IMG/VR virus record: IMGVR_UViG_3300050343_000117
Coordinates: 1-64,000 of that record
Length of the DNA stretch: 64,000 nucleotides
Source: a virus
Reading direction: 5' to 3' (one strand)
Part shown: piece by piece, positions 19,213 through 29,502 of the stretch
How the letters are laid out: every line of letters starts with the position of its first letter
Numbering within the stretch: position 1 is the stretch's first letter
Translations under genes and position numbers: made by a program
The notes under the pieces: model-generated
Told to the model about the DNA's origin: nothing
Seen by the model: only the letters and a program-made list of their open reading frames with translations
Databases searched by the model: none

Positions 19213-20453
19213 TAGAACTGACCCTCTTCAGTAGACCCCGCCATCGCGGCAGTTGATTTAGAACCCAATGTAGTTGTAATGGCATCGAAGTAACTGACAC
19301 CCACTTCTCTCTGGTGCTTCGCACCTGTGTATCCACGTGACTCTGCGGCAAACTCTGCTTCTTGTAACAACGAGTATGCGTACATACCTTCGTCTTTGTA
19401 TCGGTTTGCGAAATCAAAGACAGAGTAGTTAGTCTGGTGGAATCCTGCAAGTGTGATAAACTGGAACTTGAATCCCATCTTACCCAACTCACGTTGAAAA
19501 TCTTTTAGTTCTTGATCGCCTGGAATTGACTTGCGCCAGTTGAATGACGGTGAACAGTTGTATGCCAACATTGCGTCGGGGACTGCACCTTTGACTGCGT
19601 CAGCGAAACGCTTCGCATCCTTCAAGTCGGGTGTCGATGTTTCACACCAAACGAGGTCTGCGTATTCTGCGTATGCCTGTCCGCGTTCACATCCGAATTC
19701 TAAACCTCTACCCTCTTCGAGCATGTAGAACCCTTCTTGTGTGCGAGCAGTCATAGATCCACTACTACCTTGTCGGTGTCTCTTAATATATTTCTTATCA
19801 AGTTCACAGACGTTGCTTGAGATTAGTTTAGCAGACTCAGCATCGGTACGAGCAATAACGACTGTATCAGTGCCAGCAACGTCACTCGCAAGGCGAGCGG
19901 CATTAAGGTTGCGTAGAGCTTGACTAGTCGGTATGAGAACCTTTCCTCCCAAGTGTCCGCACTTCTTCTCGGCAGCAACTTGGTCTTCGAAGTGAACAGC
20001 GGCAGCACCCGCCTCAATGAGGTTACGAGAAAGTTCATACGCATTTAGAACTCCACCGAATCCTGCTTCAGCATCGGCAATAATAGGGGCAAATTCAAAC
20101 CCGTTTCCATTTTCCAGATATTCGATCTGGTCTTGGCGTCGAAATGCATTATTGATGCTACGCACAACATTAGGAACGCTATCGACAGCATATAACGACT
20201 GATCCGGATAAACTTCGCCATGAGAGTTGGCCGACGCAGCCACTTGCCATCCCGAAAGATATATCGCTTTGAGTCCTGCTTTGACGTGTTGTACTGCTTG
20301 TTGGCCATTGTATGCTCCAAAAGTATTGATGTACTCATTATCTTCGAATAACTGACGCAGTTTAGTCGCACCCATCTTTGCGAGGGTATGGTCGATTTGA
20401 ACCGTGCCTTGTAATCGATTCACATCCTGTTGTGAATAATCTCGTTTTTTCAT
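19212..20453 (-). CDS. aceA: Isocitrate lyase
   Basis: IYLSGWQVA, YPDQSLY, IIADAEAGFGG, HFEDQ, catalytic KKCGHLGGKVL, ARTDA, LAYNCSPSFNW, HQREVG, STEEGQF. Confidence 0.97.
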   Translation of the reverse strand: MKKRDYSQQDVNRLQGTVQIDHTLAKMGATKLRQLFEDNEYINTFGAYNGQQAVQHVKAGLKAIYLSGWQVAASANSHGEVYPDQSLYAVDSVPNVVRSINNAFRRQDQIEYLENGNGFEFAPIIADAEAGFGGVLNAYELSRNLIEAGAAAVHFEDQVAAEKKCGHLGGKVLIPTSQALRNLNAARLASDVAGTDTVVIARTDAESAKLISSNVCELDKKYIKRHRQGSSGSMTARTQEGFYMLEEGRGLEFGCERGQAYAEYADLVWCETSTPDLKDAKRFADAVKGAVPDAMLAYNCSPSFNWRKSIPGDQELKDFQRELGKMGFKFQFITLAGFHQTNYSVFDFANRYKDEGMYAYSLLQEAEFAAESRGYTGAKHQREVGVSYFDAITTTLGSKSTAAMAGSTEEGQF

Positions 20454-20475
20454 AGTATAGTCCTACAATAATGTA

Positions 20476-20550
20476 TGGTATCCCGTAGGGGACTCGAACC
20501 CCTGTTACCGCCGTGAAAGGGCGGTGTCCTAACCTCTAGACGAACGGGAC
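20476..20550 (-). tRNA. tRNA-Glu(TTC)
   Basis: Loop CT-TTC-AC, CCA. Confidence 0.95.
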
Positions 20551-20559
20551 ATTTTCAGT

Positions 20560-20588
20560 ATTATAACAAAAGACAACGTCTTTGTCAA
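20560..20588 (-). promoter_or_regulatory. Sigma70-type promoter for tRNA-Glu and aceA
   Basis: TTGACA-17nt-TATAAT. Confidence 0.8.
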
Positions 20589-20592
20589 TACT

Positions 20593-20850
20593 TTAGTTGA
20601 TTTTTTCTACTAGGATCGTCACCTCTCCTAAATCACCTCTAACTGTGATAGCCCAATCAAACACATCAACGTGTACTGTATTGTATTGGTAGTCCTTAGT
20701 CACTTCATCTGCAGCGCGGTCTATCGCCCGTTCTGCATCACCGTACACACAGATTAGTCCACCTGTATAATCGTACAATATATATGCATTATTTACCTCT
20801 GCTTCTTCTGGAAACAACCCCGTTGGAAGCGATGCATAATCGATTGACAT
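20593..20850 (-). CDS. Hypothetical protein
   Basis: 85-aa ORF translationally coupled to the upstream gene. Confidence 0.5.
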   Translation of the reverse strand: MSIDYASLPTGLFPEEAEVNNAYILYDYTGGLICVYGDAERAIDRAADEVTKDYQYNTVHVDVFDWAITVRGDLGEVTILVEKIN

Positions 20851-21371
20851 TAGTATTCCTCTTTATAGAAGATGTGGTCTCCAATCCTACCAATCAATCT
20901 CATCCGTTCGTGGGAACTCCACTCAGGTTTTACATAATTAGCATGGTAGTGTGTAGACCCTTCTGTTATTCCATTGTACTTACGGAAGAAAATCATATCT
21001 CGTGCCACGTCCTTTGCACGTAACCAAGAATATGTTTCTACTGGTTCGTCTGAGAGACCATCACAATACCAACTGAACTGACACATATTGCGTCTAGGTA
21101 TTATAAGCCCTCTGTCGGTTCCCCATTGACTCAGTACTGCTTGTTTGACGACCCCACATATAGATGATGGATAACGTCGATCTTTCACACGATTGAGAGT
21201 AACATCCGCAACCGCATATTGTCCGGCAAGACTTTCGCTCCTTGCTTCATGGTATATATTCAATGCCAGACATTCGACTTCTTCATTCATATCATCATCT
21301 TGTGCGTTGACATAGTTTATATATCCAATTACAGATATTGACACGAGGAACGATAATATGCGCAATCTCAT
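20850..21371 (-). CDS. Cell wall hydrolase (SleB/Hydrolase_2)
   Basis: CLALNIYHEARSE, VTLNRV, CQFSWYCDG, THYHANYVKPEW, IGDHIFY. Confidence 0.9.
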   Translation of the reverse strand: MRLRILSFLVSISVIGYINYVNAQDDDMNEEVECLALNIYHEARSESLAGQYAVADVTLNRVKDRRYPSSICGVVKQAVLSQWGTDRGLIIPRRNMCQFSWYCDGLSDEPVETYSWLRAKDVARDMIFFRKYNGITEGSTHYHANYVKPEWSSHERMRLIGRIGDHIFYKEEY

Positions 21372-21651
21372 TAGACTGTCTTACGCAGTAGTTTTAGAAG
21401 TTTCGCTAACTCTTTCTTTTGTTTAGGACTGGGGTTAGAACCCGACTTTGCGAGTAGTACAGCGTACTCTCTGGCAATGTTTGATTGATAACTCACTATA
21501 TACCCTCCACGCTAAAGTAGTCACAAACGCATTTCATCGCGTCTATGAGTTCGATTTCTTCTTTGGGACATAGGTATGGAATATGATCAGACAATGTTCT
21601 GACCATCAATTGATCAATACTATCATCGTCTACTTCAAGTTGAACTAGCAT
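21371..21651 (-). CDS. Two small ORFs (21496-21651, 51 aa; 21371-21496, 41 aa)
   Basis: Manual translation MLVQLEVDDD... and MSYQSNIAREY...; overlapping stop/start junctions. Confidence 0.45.
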
Positions 21652-21686
21652 AAAACACCTCAATAGTTATTAGTAACATGAGGTGA

Positions 21687-21715
21687 ATTATACTATATTA
21701 TGAGGGGGGTGTCAA
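21687..21715 (-). promoter_or_regulatory. Sigma70-type promoter
   Basis: TTGACA-17nt-TATAAT. Confidence 0.8.
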
Positions 21716-21719
21716 GTAA

Positions 21720-22508
21720 TTACTGACCAATCTTTGCGAAAGTTTCGTGTAGAAAGTCTGCAAAGATGACTTGACTCCTCTCGCCTGGATGACCAAACTC
21801 TTTCATATCATCTATTGATCTACAGATGGTAAATAGGTCTTTATCTCGACCCATACCTATACGACTAGTATTCTTCAAAGACCCTATAGAATCTAACAAC
21901 CACTTTTTGTAGTCTGGAATGGAATCGATAAGAAACTCTTTATTTTGTATTTTTCCTGAAGCATCATCCGGACACTTGTCTGATAGTATCGACATGATGT
22001 TAGACCAATTCCTTGAATGAAACACTCCCTGAATCAATTGTATCCCTGCCGCATCACATATTACTTCAAGTGATTTCATCTTACTGATAGTGTGCATAAT
22101 GTCTGTCTTAGAATCATATGCGTTCTTAAACATGTTTTCATAAGAGTCCCTAAAGCTTCTATCATATATGGTATTAGTGCGCAATTGAGAAAACTGCGTG
22201 GTACTGGTCTGCCTACCAATACTCTTTTCTCGTTTAGGCGGCATGTACTCCACAACCTCTTTGCGTTGCCATGCAGACCACAGGACTACTATATGAGTAA
22301 CTTTATTAGGGTTGGAGTGCAAGAAGTCAATGACCTCTCTAAAGATCTTATCATTACATGCTCCACAAAACCCACGGTTTTCATACTCTATATCGAGTTT
22401 ATCCGCGAGCAGATGAGTAAAGGTTAGTGGCCAATGGGTCGGTGGGACATCATCAAACCCTTTCAGTTCGTCTCCCCAGACGAAACTACAACCGGCAGTC
22501 AAAAGCAT
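21720..22508 (-). CDS. SGNH/GDSL-like hydrolase or acyltransferase
   Basis: N-terminal GCSFVWG, GACNDKI, C-terminal GHP. Confidence 0.55.
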   Translation of the reverse strand: MLLTAGCSFVWGDELKGFDDVPPTHWPLTFTHLLADKLDIEYENRGFCGACNDKIFREVIDFLHSNPNKVTHIVVLWSAWQRKEVVEYMPPKREKSIGRQTSTTQFSQLRTNTIYDRSFRDSYENMFKNAYDSKTDIMHTISKMKSLEVICDAAGIQLIQGVFHSRNWSNIMSILSDKCPDDASGKIQNKEFLIDSIPDYKKWLLDSIGSLKNTSRIGMGRDKDLFTICRSIDDMKEFGHPGERSQVIFADFLHETFAKIGQ

Positions 22509-22750
22509 TACTGGAATAGTTCCTCGTACAATTCATAAACTTCATTAGCCTCTGTGCGAGACTCTTCCATGTTCTGCTTGTGATAGATAGTAGAAAGTTT
22601 ACGGAAGTGCTTCTTATCAACACCGTACTTCTCGTTAGTGACATCGACGATGTCCTTCATCAACTCTTTCTCTGCATCAATACGTAACATACTGTCAGAC
22701 ATCTCTCTAATCGCATCTGCGACTTTCTTTTTATCTTCTGGTCCTATCAT
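22508..22750 (-). CDS. DsbA-like double-stranded DNA-binding protein
   Basis: IREMSDSMLRIDAEKELMKDI...KKHFRKLSTIYHKQN resembles T4 DsbA. Confidence 0.65.
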   Translation of the reverse strand: MIGPEDKKKVADAIREMSDSMLRIDAEKELMKDIVDVTNEKYGVDKKHFRKLSTIYHKQNMEESRTEANEVYELYEELFQ

Positions 22751-23022
22751 ACTACTAATTTCACTCCACTTGTTGCTTCCGTCCATGCGGCGGAAAAATC
22801 ATCATTAGTTAGTGTGCATAGAACATATTGTTGGAAAGAAACCTTCTCAGGATTTTCCTTACTTGTCATACACACACCACGTGCAAAACCGATACCTTGA
22901 TCGCCATGAATCAACATACGTGGGTCTTTGAGAGTAACTGTACCGTTACTATTCATACCATCCAAACGACCTACGTATTCTCCACTTACTGTGACTACTG
23001 TCACCACATCATTATTCTTCAT
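22747..23022 (-). CDS. Sm-like fold hypothetical protein
   Basis: DVVTVVTVSGEYVGRL...YVLC...ATSG. Confidence 0.55.
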   Translation of the reverse strand: MKNNDVVTVVTVSGEYVGRLDGMNSNGTVTLKDPRMLIHGDQGIGFARGVCMTSKENPEKVSFQQYVLCTLTNDDFSAAWTEATSGVKLVV

Positions 23023-23695
23023 TTTCAATCTCTTCAATTAACATATCACGCATCTGTCTTGCTTGCGCATCTTCAGGGTTATCTACACTACCGTTATTCA
23101 CAAATTTATATGCGAGGGTAATGCGTTGACACTCAGCGTATGCAGCGTGCCAACAGTGTAGGTCTTCTTCATGACCCGCACCAAAATAGTAGTGACGACA
23201 TTGCCAGCCAGGCACATCCGGAATCTTTATGATTTCGTCGTTCTTCTTGTCATAGTACTCAAAGAAACCATCTCCGGTCTCTGACCACGTAAACAAGACT
23301 TGATACGCATTGGCATCAAAGTTAGTATGCCAACCTACAAACCCACCAGGCGGATAGTAAGATAGTAGGGCAGATGTATGTGCGCCAAGTTCTGACGCAA
23401 AGTCATATTTGACCTTTTGCATAAATCCACCCCACATCTCTTTGTCTTCACGCACCATTTTGGAGATTGGTTGTGCGAAGTATCTATCGGGCGGGCCAAC
23501 CAGACCATCACGGCCGCGAGACAAACAGTCTTCGAGGTACTCACGAGATGTGTAGTACGACCCCAAGTCTACATCCTTGCGTTCATGATAAGTCCAATAC
23601 TTTTCGTCGTTGTACGACGGTTTAGACAGCATCTCATCTGAGAAACTGTTTAGAGTCTCTAACAACTCTTTATTACGAATAACTACCTCAGTCAT
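23012..23695 (-). CDS. Putative 2OG-Fe(II)-type double-stranded beta-helix oxygenase
   Basis: YYPPGGFVGWHTN...WHAA...RITLAY; paralogue of 45376-46021. Confidence 0.55.
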   Translation of the reverse strand: MTEVVIRNKELLETLNSFSDEMLSKPSYNDEKYWTYHERKDVDLGSYYTSREYLEDCLSRGRDGLVGPPDRYFAQPISKMVREDKEMWGGFMQKVKYDFASELGAHTSALLSYYPPGGFVGWHTNFDANAYQVLFTWSETGDGFFEYYDKKNDEIIKIPDVPGWQCRHYYFGAGHEEDLHCWHAAYAECQRITLAYKFVNNGSVDNPEDAQARQMRDMLIEEIENEE

Positions 23696-23697
23696 TA

Positions 23698-23883
23698 TTA
23701 AATATCATCTCCATTCATAAATCTTTCATTAGCTTTCTTTAGATCGTTTTCGGTACAAGCACCCATCTCTAAAAGATATGCTACTGCGGCATTAATTCCC
23801 TCTTGTCTTCCCATCTTCTTGCCGATATAATTTGCGGTACCCATTAGTACTAATGTCATAATAGTTTGTGAAATTGGGTCCAT
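23698..23883 (-). CDS. Small membrane hypothetical protein
   Basis: N-terminal hydrophobic helix; 61 aa. Confidence 0.5.
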   Translation of the reverse strand: MDPISQTIMTLVLMGTANYIGKKMGRQEGINAAVAYLLEMGACTENDLKKANERFMNGDDI

Positions 23884-23894
23884 TACAGATATCC

Positions 23895-25295
23895 TTATAG
23901 TGTGAAGCCATCAAAGTTCATCTTTTCGGACGAAATTCTCTGACCGGAGTTTGAGTTATCAAAGGCGGGACCATTATCTACCTCTTTATTTAGGGGAGAA
24001 TCGTTTTGGTCTACATCAAATAATCTCATCTTACTCCGGTCAATGCCCACAACAAATCGTTGATATGTACTAGGATCATTATACCGATTTTTTAACTGCT
24101 TTACTAATATCTGTCCGTTTGCATTCAGCTCATCATTACTGATCAGTGCAAACATCAAGTCTGCTGTGGCGGGAAGTCCAAACGATTCGGACGTGTCCTC
24201 CAGACCCACATCATCGTTACTATAACCAGAACGAGTAGTCTGCGTTGCAGAGAATACAGGAACATCAAACTCAACAGCAAGACCTCGCAATTCTTCTGCG
24301 ATAGACTTGATATATGTATAAGAGTTGATAGAACCCCCCATTGACTTCATCCTAGAAGACGCACAGATGTTCAGGTAGTCAATAAAAATCATATCCGGTG
24401 TGAACTTCTTCTTTAGTTTCAATTCGTTCAGCAACGCACGGAAGTGACTGGCGTGTGCCTGTCCCGTAGGATACTCCTTGATAATCAACTTACCGTTAGT
24501 CTTATCTGCGATACCCTTTACACGATTTGAAAACATGTCCTTACTCAGATGTTCCAACTGATCTATCGGGACGTTGAGTAGATTCGCATCGATCCTTTCT
24601 GCGATACGTTCTTCAGCCATCTCCATAGTGATATAAAGGACATTCTTCCCCTGTGACAAGGCAGCACCAGCACAATGACACATGAAGAGAGACTTACCGA
24701 CACCCGTACCCGCCAACGCGATGTTGAGGGTTTTATTAGGTATTCCACCTTTAGTAATTCGGTTAAAGTAGTCCAGATCGAACGGAATACGCTCTTCTTG
24801 TTCATGATAGAAGTCATATCGTGCATCCACAGATTCAAGATAATCGTGACCAATGTTAGTGTCAAACGTTACAGATAATGCCTTCGATAAAACATCGGGT
24901 ATGGCATTCTTGGATAGTTCTTGGTGTTTACCATCAATGATAGTTATAGATTCCATAACTGCATTGAATACCGCACGGTCTTGACACCACTTCTCAGTGC
25001 GTTCGACTAACCATGACAGATCCTCCTCAGCATACTTGAAGATGTCTGGGAGTATATCCATTGTGTGACGATAATGTTCATCCGACATTCTATCTTCTGA
25101 GTCAATCTCAATCTTGAGTGCCTCTTTGGATGGAAGATTACTATACTTGGCGATATACGCATTGAACTCTTTGAAGATACTTTTGTAAGTACCCTCAAAG
25201 TATTCAGGGGAAAGGAAGGGGGCGACCTTCCTCATATACGAATCGTTAGTCAGTAGATTTCGAAGAATCGTCTGCTGTAGATTGATTTCCGTCAT
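23895..25295 (-). CDS. 41: Replicative DNA helicase gp41
   Basis: LAGTGVGKSLFMCH, YITMEMAEERIAERIDAN, IDYLNIC, SATQTTRSG, SESFGLPATAD. Confidence 0.95.
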   Translation of the reverse strand: MTEINLQQTILRNLLTNDSYMRKVAPFLSPEYFEGTYKSIFKEFNAYIAKYSNLPSKEALKIEIDSEDRMSDEHYRHTMDILPDIFKYAEEDLSWLVERTEKWCQDRAVFNAVMESITIIDGKHQELSKNAIPDVLSKALSVTFDTNIGHDYLESVDARYDFYHEQEERIPFDLDYFNRITKGGIPNKTLNIALAGTGVGKSLFMCHCAGAALSQGKNVLYITMEMAEERIAERIDANLLNVPIDQLEHLSKDMFSNRVKGIADKTNGKLIIKEYPTGQAHASHFRALLNELKLKKKFTPDMIFIDYLNICASSRMKSMGGSINSYTYIKSIAEELRGLAVEFDVPVFSATQTTRSGYSNDDVGLEDTSESFGLPATADLMFALISNDELNANGQILVKQLKNRYNDPSTYQRFVVGIDRSKMRLFDVDQNDSPLNKEVDNGPAFDNSNSGQRISSEKMNFDGFTL

Positions 25296-25608
25296 TTGTA
25301 TCCTTAGTCTGTAAGTAACCTTCATTGATTGCAACGTCTAAAATATCACCCAATACTTCACTCGCAAATCCTTGCAAACTAATATTGTCTATGGTGTACT
25401 CAACATTCTCTGTGGCGACGACATCAAAATTATAACTAATGTTTCCCGCCTCACCATTGATGCGGACATTATTGTACCGAATCGTGGTGTTCTCATATGG
25501 AGAACGCAATAGTTCTACGTTCCATAGGTCACTATTATCATCCCCGATTGCGGGGACTAACTTATAGTCTAAGTTTTCGGACGGCTTGTCCAAGTCTAGA
25601 TCTTTCAT
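25246..25608 (-). CDS. gp40-like protein (uvsX-40-41 synteny)
   Basis: Position between uvsX and 41; acidic, 120 aa. Confidence 0.5.
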   Translation of the reverse strand: MKDLDLDKPSENLDYKLVPAIGDDNSDLWNVELLRSPYENTTIRYNNVRINGEAGNISYNFDVVATENVEYTIDNISLQGFASEVLGDILDVAINEGYLQTKDTNDGNQSTADDSSKSTD

Positions 25609-26660
25609 TACACTGCTTCCTCAACTATCTCTTCCGAATTTAAGACACTATTATACCCTATTTTATAGGTCTTGGCAAGGAATTCAGAAAAATCACTTGA
25701 CTCAAAAATAGGTTCCCAGAAGTCAGCGGTCATGGTTTCTTTCAATCGCAATTTAGAACCAAGGACCTCACCTGTAGTCAAGTCAACACGTTGATACCAA
25801 CCATTGGACGGTTTGTCGACATACCCACCCGCAAGGGCAACATCAAGAAGACCAGAGTACTTCTGTACACCACCTTCCCACGATACTCCGATTGGAATCT
25901 TGGATTGCTCTTTGACATAACGAGACTTCTCAACTTTGATGACAAAGTCGTATCCAACTACTTCAGTACCTTGTTTATCTTGACGACGACCGATAATCCA
26001 GATATTGTCGGCAGAGTAATAGATACCAGTACCGCCACCTACAACATCTTTCGGAAACAAACCAATCTCTTTGTAAGTGTGATTGATTGCAAGCATCGGA
26101 ATGTTTTTCATCGCAAGGTATGGAGTGGACATACGGAACAGACCTTTCAGTGCCTTCGCACGTGACATGTCTGCGACACCCTTTTCATTGAGTGCGTCTT
26201 CCAGCTCTTTCTTAGACGCAAGGTTACCGATAGAGTCAATGACAATAATGACATCATCTTCACGGTCAAGGTTCTCTAACTGGTTGATCATATCAAACTT
26301 GAGTTCTTCAACGTTTGCAATCGGTGTGTGCAATACCCGACTAGTATCAATACCGAACTGAGTGAAGTATGACTGAGGCGAACCGAACTCTGAATCATAG
26401 AACAACATGACTGCGTCTGGTTTCGCGTTGAGATATGCACCCGCCATAAGTAATGCGAATGATGTCTTGAAGTGTTTTGATGGTCCAGCAAGGACAGTCA
26501 GCCCAGGCGAGATACCACCGTCTACGGAACCAGATAACGCGACGTTCACCATTGGAACGTCGGTCGGAACCATATCTTTTTCTGTGAAGAACTTACTAGT
26601 GGAGAGTGTCGCCGTCTCCTTTATCTTCGAGTTCTTCTTCAGTTTGTCCATTATCGACAT
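25608..26660 (-). CDS. uvsX: RecA-like recombinase UvsX
   Basis: LAGPSKHFKT, FYDSEFG, IDSIGNLASKKE, DMSRAK, GGTGIYYSAD. Confidence 0.95.
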   Translation of the reverse strand: MSIMDKLKKNSKIKETATLSTSKFFTEKDMVPTDVPMVNVALSGSVDGGISPGLTVLAGPSKHFKTSFALLMAGAYLNAKPDAVMLFYDSEFGSPQSYFTQFGIDTSRVLHTPIANVEELKFDMINQLENLDREDDVIIVIDSIGNLASKKELEDALNEKGVADMSRAKALKGLFRMSTPYLAMKNIPMLAINHTYKEIGLFPKDVVGGGTGIYYSADNIWIIGRRQDKQGTEVVGYDFVIKVEKSRYVKEQSKIPIGVSWEGGVQKYSGLLDVALAGGYVDKPSNGWYQRVDLTTGEVLGSKLRLKETMTADFWEPIFESSDFSEFLAKTYKIGYNSVLNSEEIVEEAV

Positions 26661-27582
26661 TATTGTTGCCTCCAAAATCTACAAATGTAATGTTGTTTAC
26701 TTTTTCACGTTCATCGAGGTCATATTGTACACGATAAGCACTATTGATGTCAAGTACTTTTTGCAATAAATCGAAACTAGTTTCAGTTCCATCCTCAAAT
26801 TCATGTGTAGAGAAGTTTAAAAACGCTCTCGTATCTTTTGGAAGACATGCGCCACCAAACCCACGTTTACCATCAAAACCTGGCACACGGGTGTGACCCA
26901 TACCTACACGTTCATCCTTGCCGGCGGCACGAACAATCGTGTTATAGTTACAACCATAAAGGTTGACTAGATCATATAGTTGATTGAAGAATGTGATCTT
27001 CGTAGACAGGAACGAGTTGATTGTGTACTTCACAAACGACGCCTCATACGCGGTCATACGGTGATAGTCATTAGACTCACACGCACTGAAGATTTCGTAG
27101 ATGTCAATCAAGTCATTTACTGCCTCGGGCATACCACCCATGACATGAAACTTCGCACATACAAAGTCTGCCTTCGCATTCTTCTCTGTCAAGAATTCTG
27201 GGTTGTAGACGAAACGGTCTACTTGTTCTCTGTTCATTGCAGAGTATAAACGGTCAACTGACTCCGGAGTAATCGTAGACTTCACGACTACCAATGCATC
27301 GGTATAGACCAAACAGTTCGCAACTGCTGCCTCAACAATAGTAGAGTCAACCGAACCATCGTCATTCGATGGAGTAGGAGCGCACACGAAGAAACACTGT
27401 GGGTGGTTCTCTCGCGGCATGTGTTGTAAGTTTTCAACTGAAGTATCATACTTCGGGTCATAAAAGTTGAAGTCTACGAGAGGATGCGTGAATGCATACT
27501 CGACCGCTTGACCCACAAATCCATGACCAATGATTCCAATACGGAATCGGGAAGGGTTACCCTCAGGCATTATTCTAGACAT
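26596..27582 (-). CDS. UDP-glucose/GDP-mannose dehydrogenase family protein (short phage form)
   Basis: GHGFVG, CAPTP, KSTITP, YNPEFL, KYTINSF, GFGGACLPKD. Confidence 0.9.
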   Translation of the reverse strand: MSRIMPEGNPSRFRIGIIGHGFVGQAVEYAFTHPLVDFNFYDPKYDTSVENLQHMPRENHPQCFFVCAPTPSNDDGSVDSTIVEAAVANCLVYTDALVVVKSTITPESVDRLYSAMNREQVDRFVYNPEFLTEKNAKADFVCAKFHVMGGMPEAVNDLIDIYEIFSACESNDYHRMTAYEASFVKYTINSFLSTKITFFNQLYDLVNLYGCNYNTIVRAAGKDERVGMGHTRVPGFDGKRGFGGACLPKDTRAFLNFSTHEFEDGTETSFDLLQKVLDINSAYRVQYDLDEREKVNNITFVDFGGNNNVDNGQTEEELEDKGDGDTLH

Positions 27583-28523
27583 TATTCAATCCCATTATAA
27601 GTTTTATACCATTCGTAAAATCTTTCAACACCTTCAGCGATACTTACCTTCGGTTCGTACCCTAGTGCTTTCAGCTTGGTGGTATCAGACCAAGTCTCTA
27701 ATGTGTCTGCTGGATGTTTTGGAGCAAGATTCTTAATCGCATCTTTACCCGTATTTTTCTCAATTTCATTGATGAAGTCCATCAACGCAACCTGTTCACC
27801 ACGTCCTATGTTGAAAATCTCACCGGACTCAATGTCGGTGTTATCTAAGACGACTTCAATGCCATCTAAGATATCATCCACAAAGGTAAAGTCACGTTTC
27901 ATATCACCATAATTATACACGGTTATTTCCTTACCGTCAAGTATATTTTTAGTAAAGTCAAACAACGCCATGTCTGGACGACCCCAAGGACCATAGACTG
28001 TGAAGAAACGCAGACCGACAGTGTCCAGACCAGATGACTGCATCTGACATTCGTTTGCCCACTTAGTATAACCGTATGCGTTTAGTTGCTTACCTGTCTC
28101 TTTACCTTCGACCCACGGTACTGGTGATCCCGCGTATACGCACGAAGTAGATGCATAAACAATACGAGTATCTGGTAGATGTTTTTTACAGATATCAATA
28201 AGGTTCTGTGTAGCATCTATGTTATTTGCGTGGTAGGACTTCTCTTTACCCAGAGAGTCACGAACGCCTGCCATTGCGGCAAGATGGACAATAGTATCCG
28301 GTTTGAATTCACGCAATAACGCCTCTACCTTTATATCATCACAAAGATCGCAACCCCAAATATCAATATCGAAGTGGACCATACGATCGCGCTTTAATGA
28401 GGGGGTGTATAAATGATTATTAAAGTTGTCCAAACCCTTTACAGTCAGACCGCGTTTCTGTAATCTATCGCATAACTGACTTCCGATAAATCCTGCCGCG
28501 CCTGTTACTAATACTCTATTCAT
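27582..28523 (-). CDS. NAD-dependent epimerase (UDP-glucuronate 4-epimerase/WcaG-like)
   Basis: TGAAGFIG, HLAAMAGVR, YGYTK, LRFFTVYGPWGRPDMA, RDFTFVDD. Confidence 0.92.
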   Translation of the reverse strand: MNRVLVTGAAGFIGSQLCDRLQKRGLTVKGLDNFNNHLYTPSLKRDRMVHFDIDIWGCDLCDDIKVEALLREFKPDTIVHLAAMAGVRDSLGKEKSYHANNIDATQNLIDICKKHLPDTRIVYASTSCVYAGSPVPWVEGKETGKQLNAYGYTKWANECQMQSSGLDTVGLRFFTVYGPWGRPDMALFDFTKNILDGKEITVYNYGDMKRDFTFVDDILDGIEVVLDNTDIESGEIFNIGRGEQVALMDFINEIEKNTGKDAIKNLAPKHPADTLETWSDTTKLKALGYEPKVSIAEGVERFYEWYKTYNGIE

Positions 28524-28524
28524 T

Positions 28525-29467
28525 TCAACTATTCCTGTATATAAATTCCAATGCTCTATCCGCCTCAACTGTCAATGGACGGTTCTCATACCAATTACCT
28601 GTTTCACGGTCAAACTCACGACATAGGTCTGCAATCTGTGTTGCGGTGATGGGATAACCTTTCGCATATGCATTACCGGCAACCGCAATCATTATCTTGT
28701 ACATCTTAGAATACCAACCAGTTTCATTGATTGTTTGGTACTCAACACCTAACCGTTTAGGGCCAAAACGGACAGTCGCGGTATGACGACCATCTGTAGT
28801 CGGTGTTATTTAGACTATTCTTACGATGTTGAATTACCGCACTCTGCATCTCTGGTGGCAATCTATCTAGAAAAGTATTACCCGTCTTCTCGTGGTATGG
28901 ATGTTTTGCAATCAACTCAGAGGTATTAAGGGGGTCACCTTGATTGGTGATAAAAAAACTTTTGGCGTTAGGATACTGGGCAGGGACATAATACATACGT
29001 GCGAGATCTTTAGTCTGAGGATCTCCGATATCACCAAGTTCGGTATTCAGCGCATACCAGAATGCCTTGATGCGGTCATTATCAATAGTTTCATCTAGTC
29101 TAAAGACAATTCTAAATTTGAGATGGTCGTCTCGACTTGATGCAGTGTTGTACACAACATAGTCGTACCGGCCGAAGGTTTCATACAACTGTTCATTAAG
29201 GACTCGTACATCACTAGAGTAACTGTGATCATCAACATCAACGCAACACCAGCCACCCCAATAGTTAGTAGATTTATTACTGCGCGTCGTACCCACTTCG
29301 AAAACAGCAGGACTAATAAGAGGACTAGAGTTATTTCCACCTTTCTCTCCTTTCTCACCGTACATGTTCTTCAATGTTTTGACAAACTTATCCCACTCAT
29401 CCAGTACCATGTGGCGATGAGTCTTGTTATCAAACTGATTCTTGAAGATAGTTAATTCATAATTCAT
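28525..29467 (-). CDS. Primase-polymerase-like (AEP/VirE-N-like) protein, frameshift near 28760
   Basis: SPAVF...R...WCCVDVDD, YNTASS, KFRIVF, DPQTKDLARMYYVP; C-terminal helical part continues to the stop at 28525. Confidence 0.55.
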
Positions 29468-29473
29468 GCAAGC

Positions 29474-29502
29474 ATTATACCATAATCATTAATGACTGTC
29501 AA
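29474..29502 (-). promoter_or_regulatory. Sigma70-type promoter
   Basis: TTGACA-17nt-TATAAT. Confidence 0.8.
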
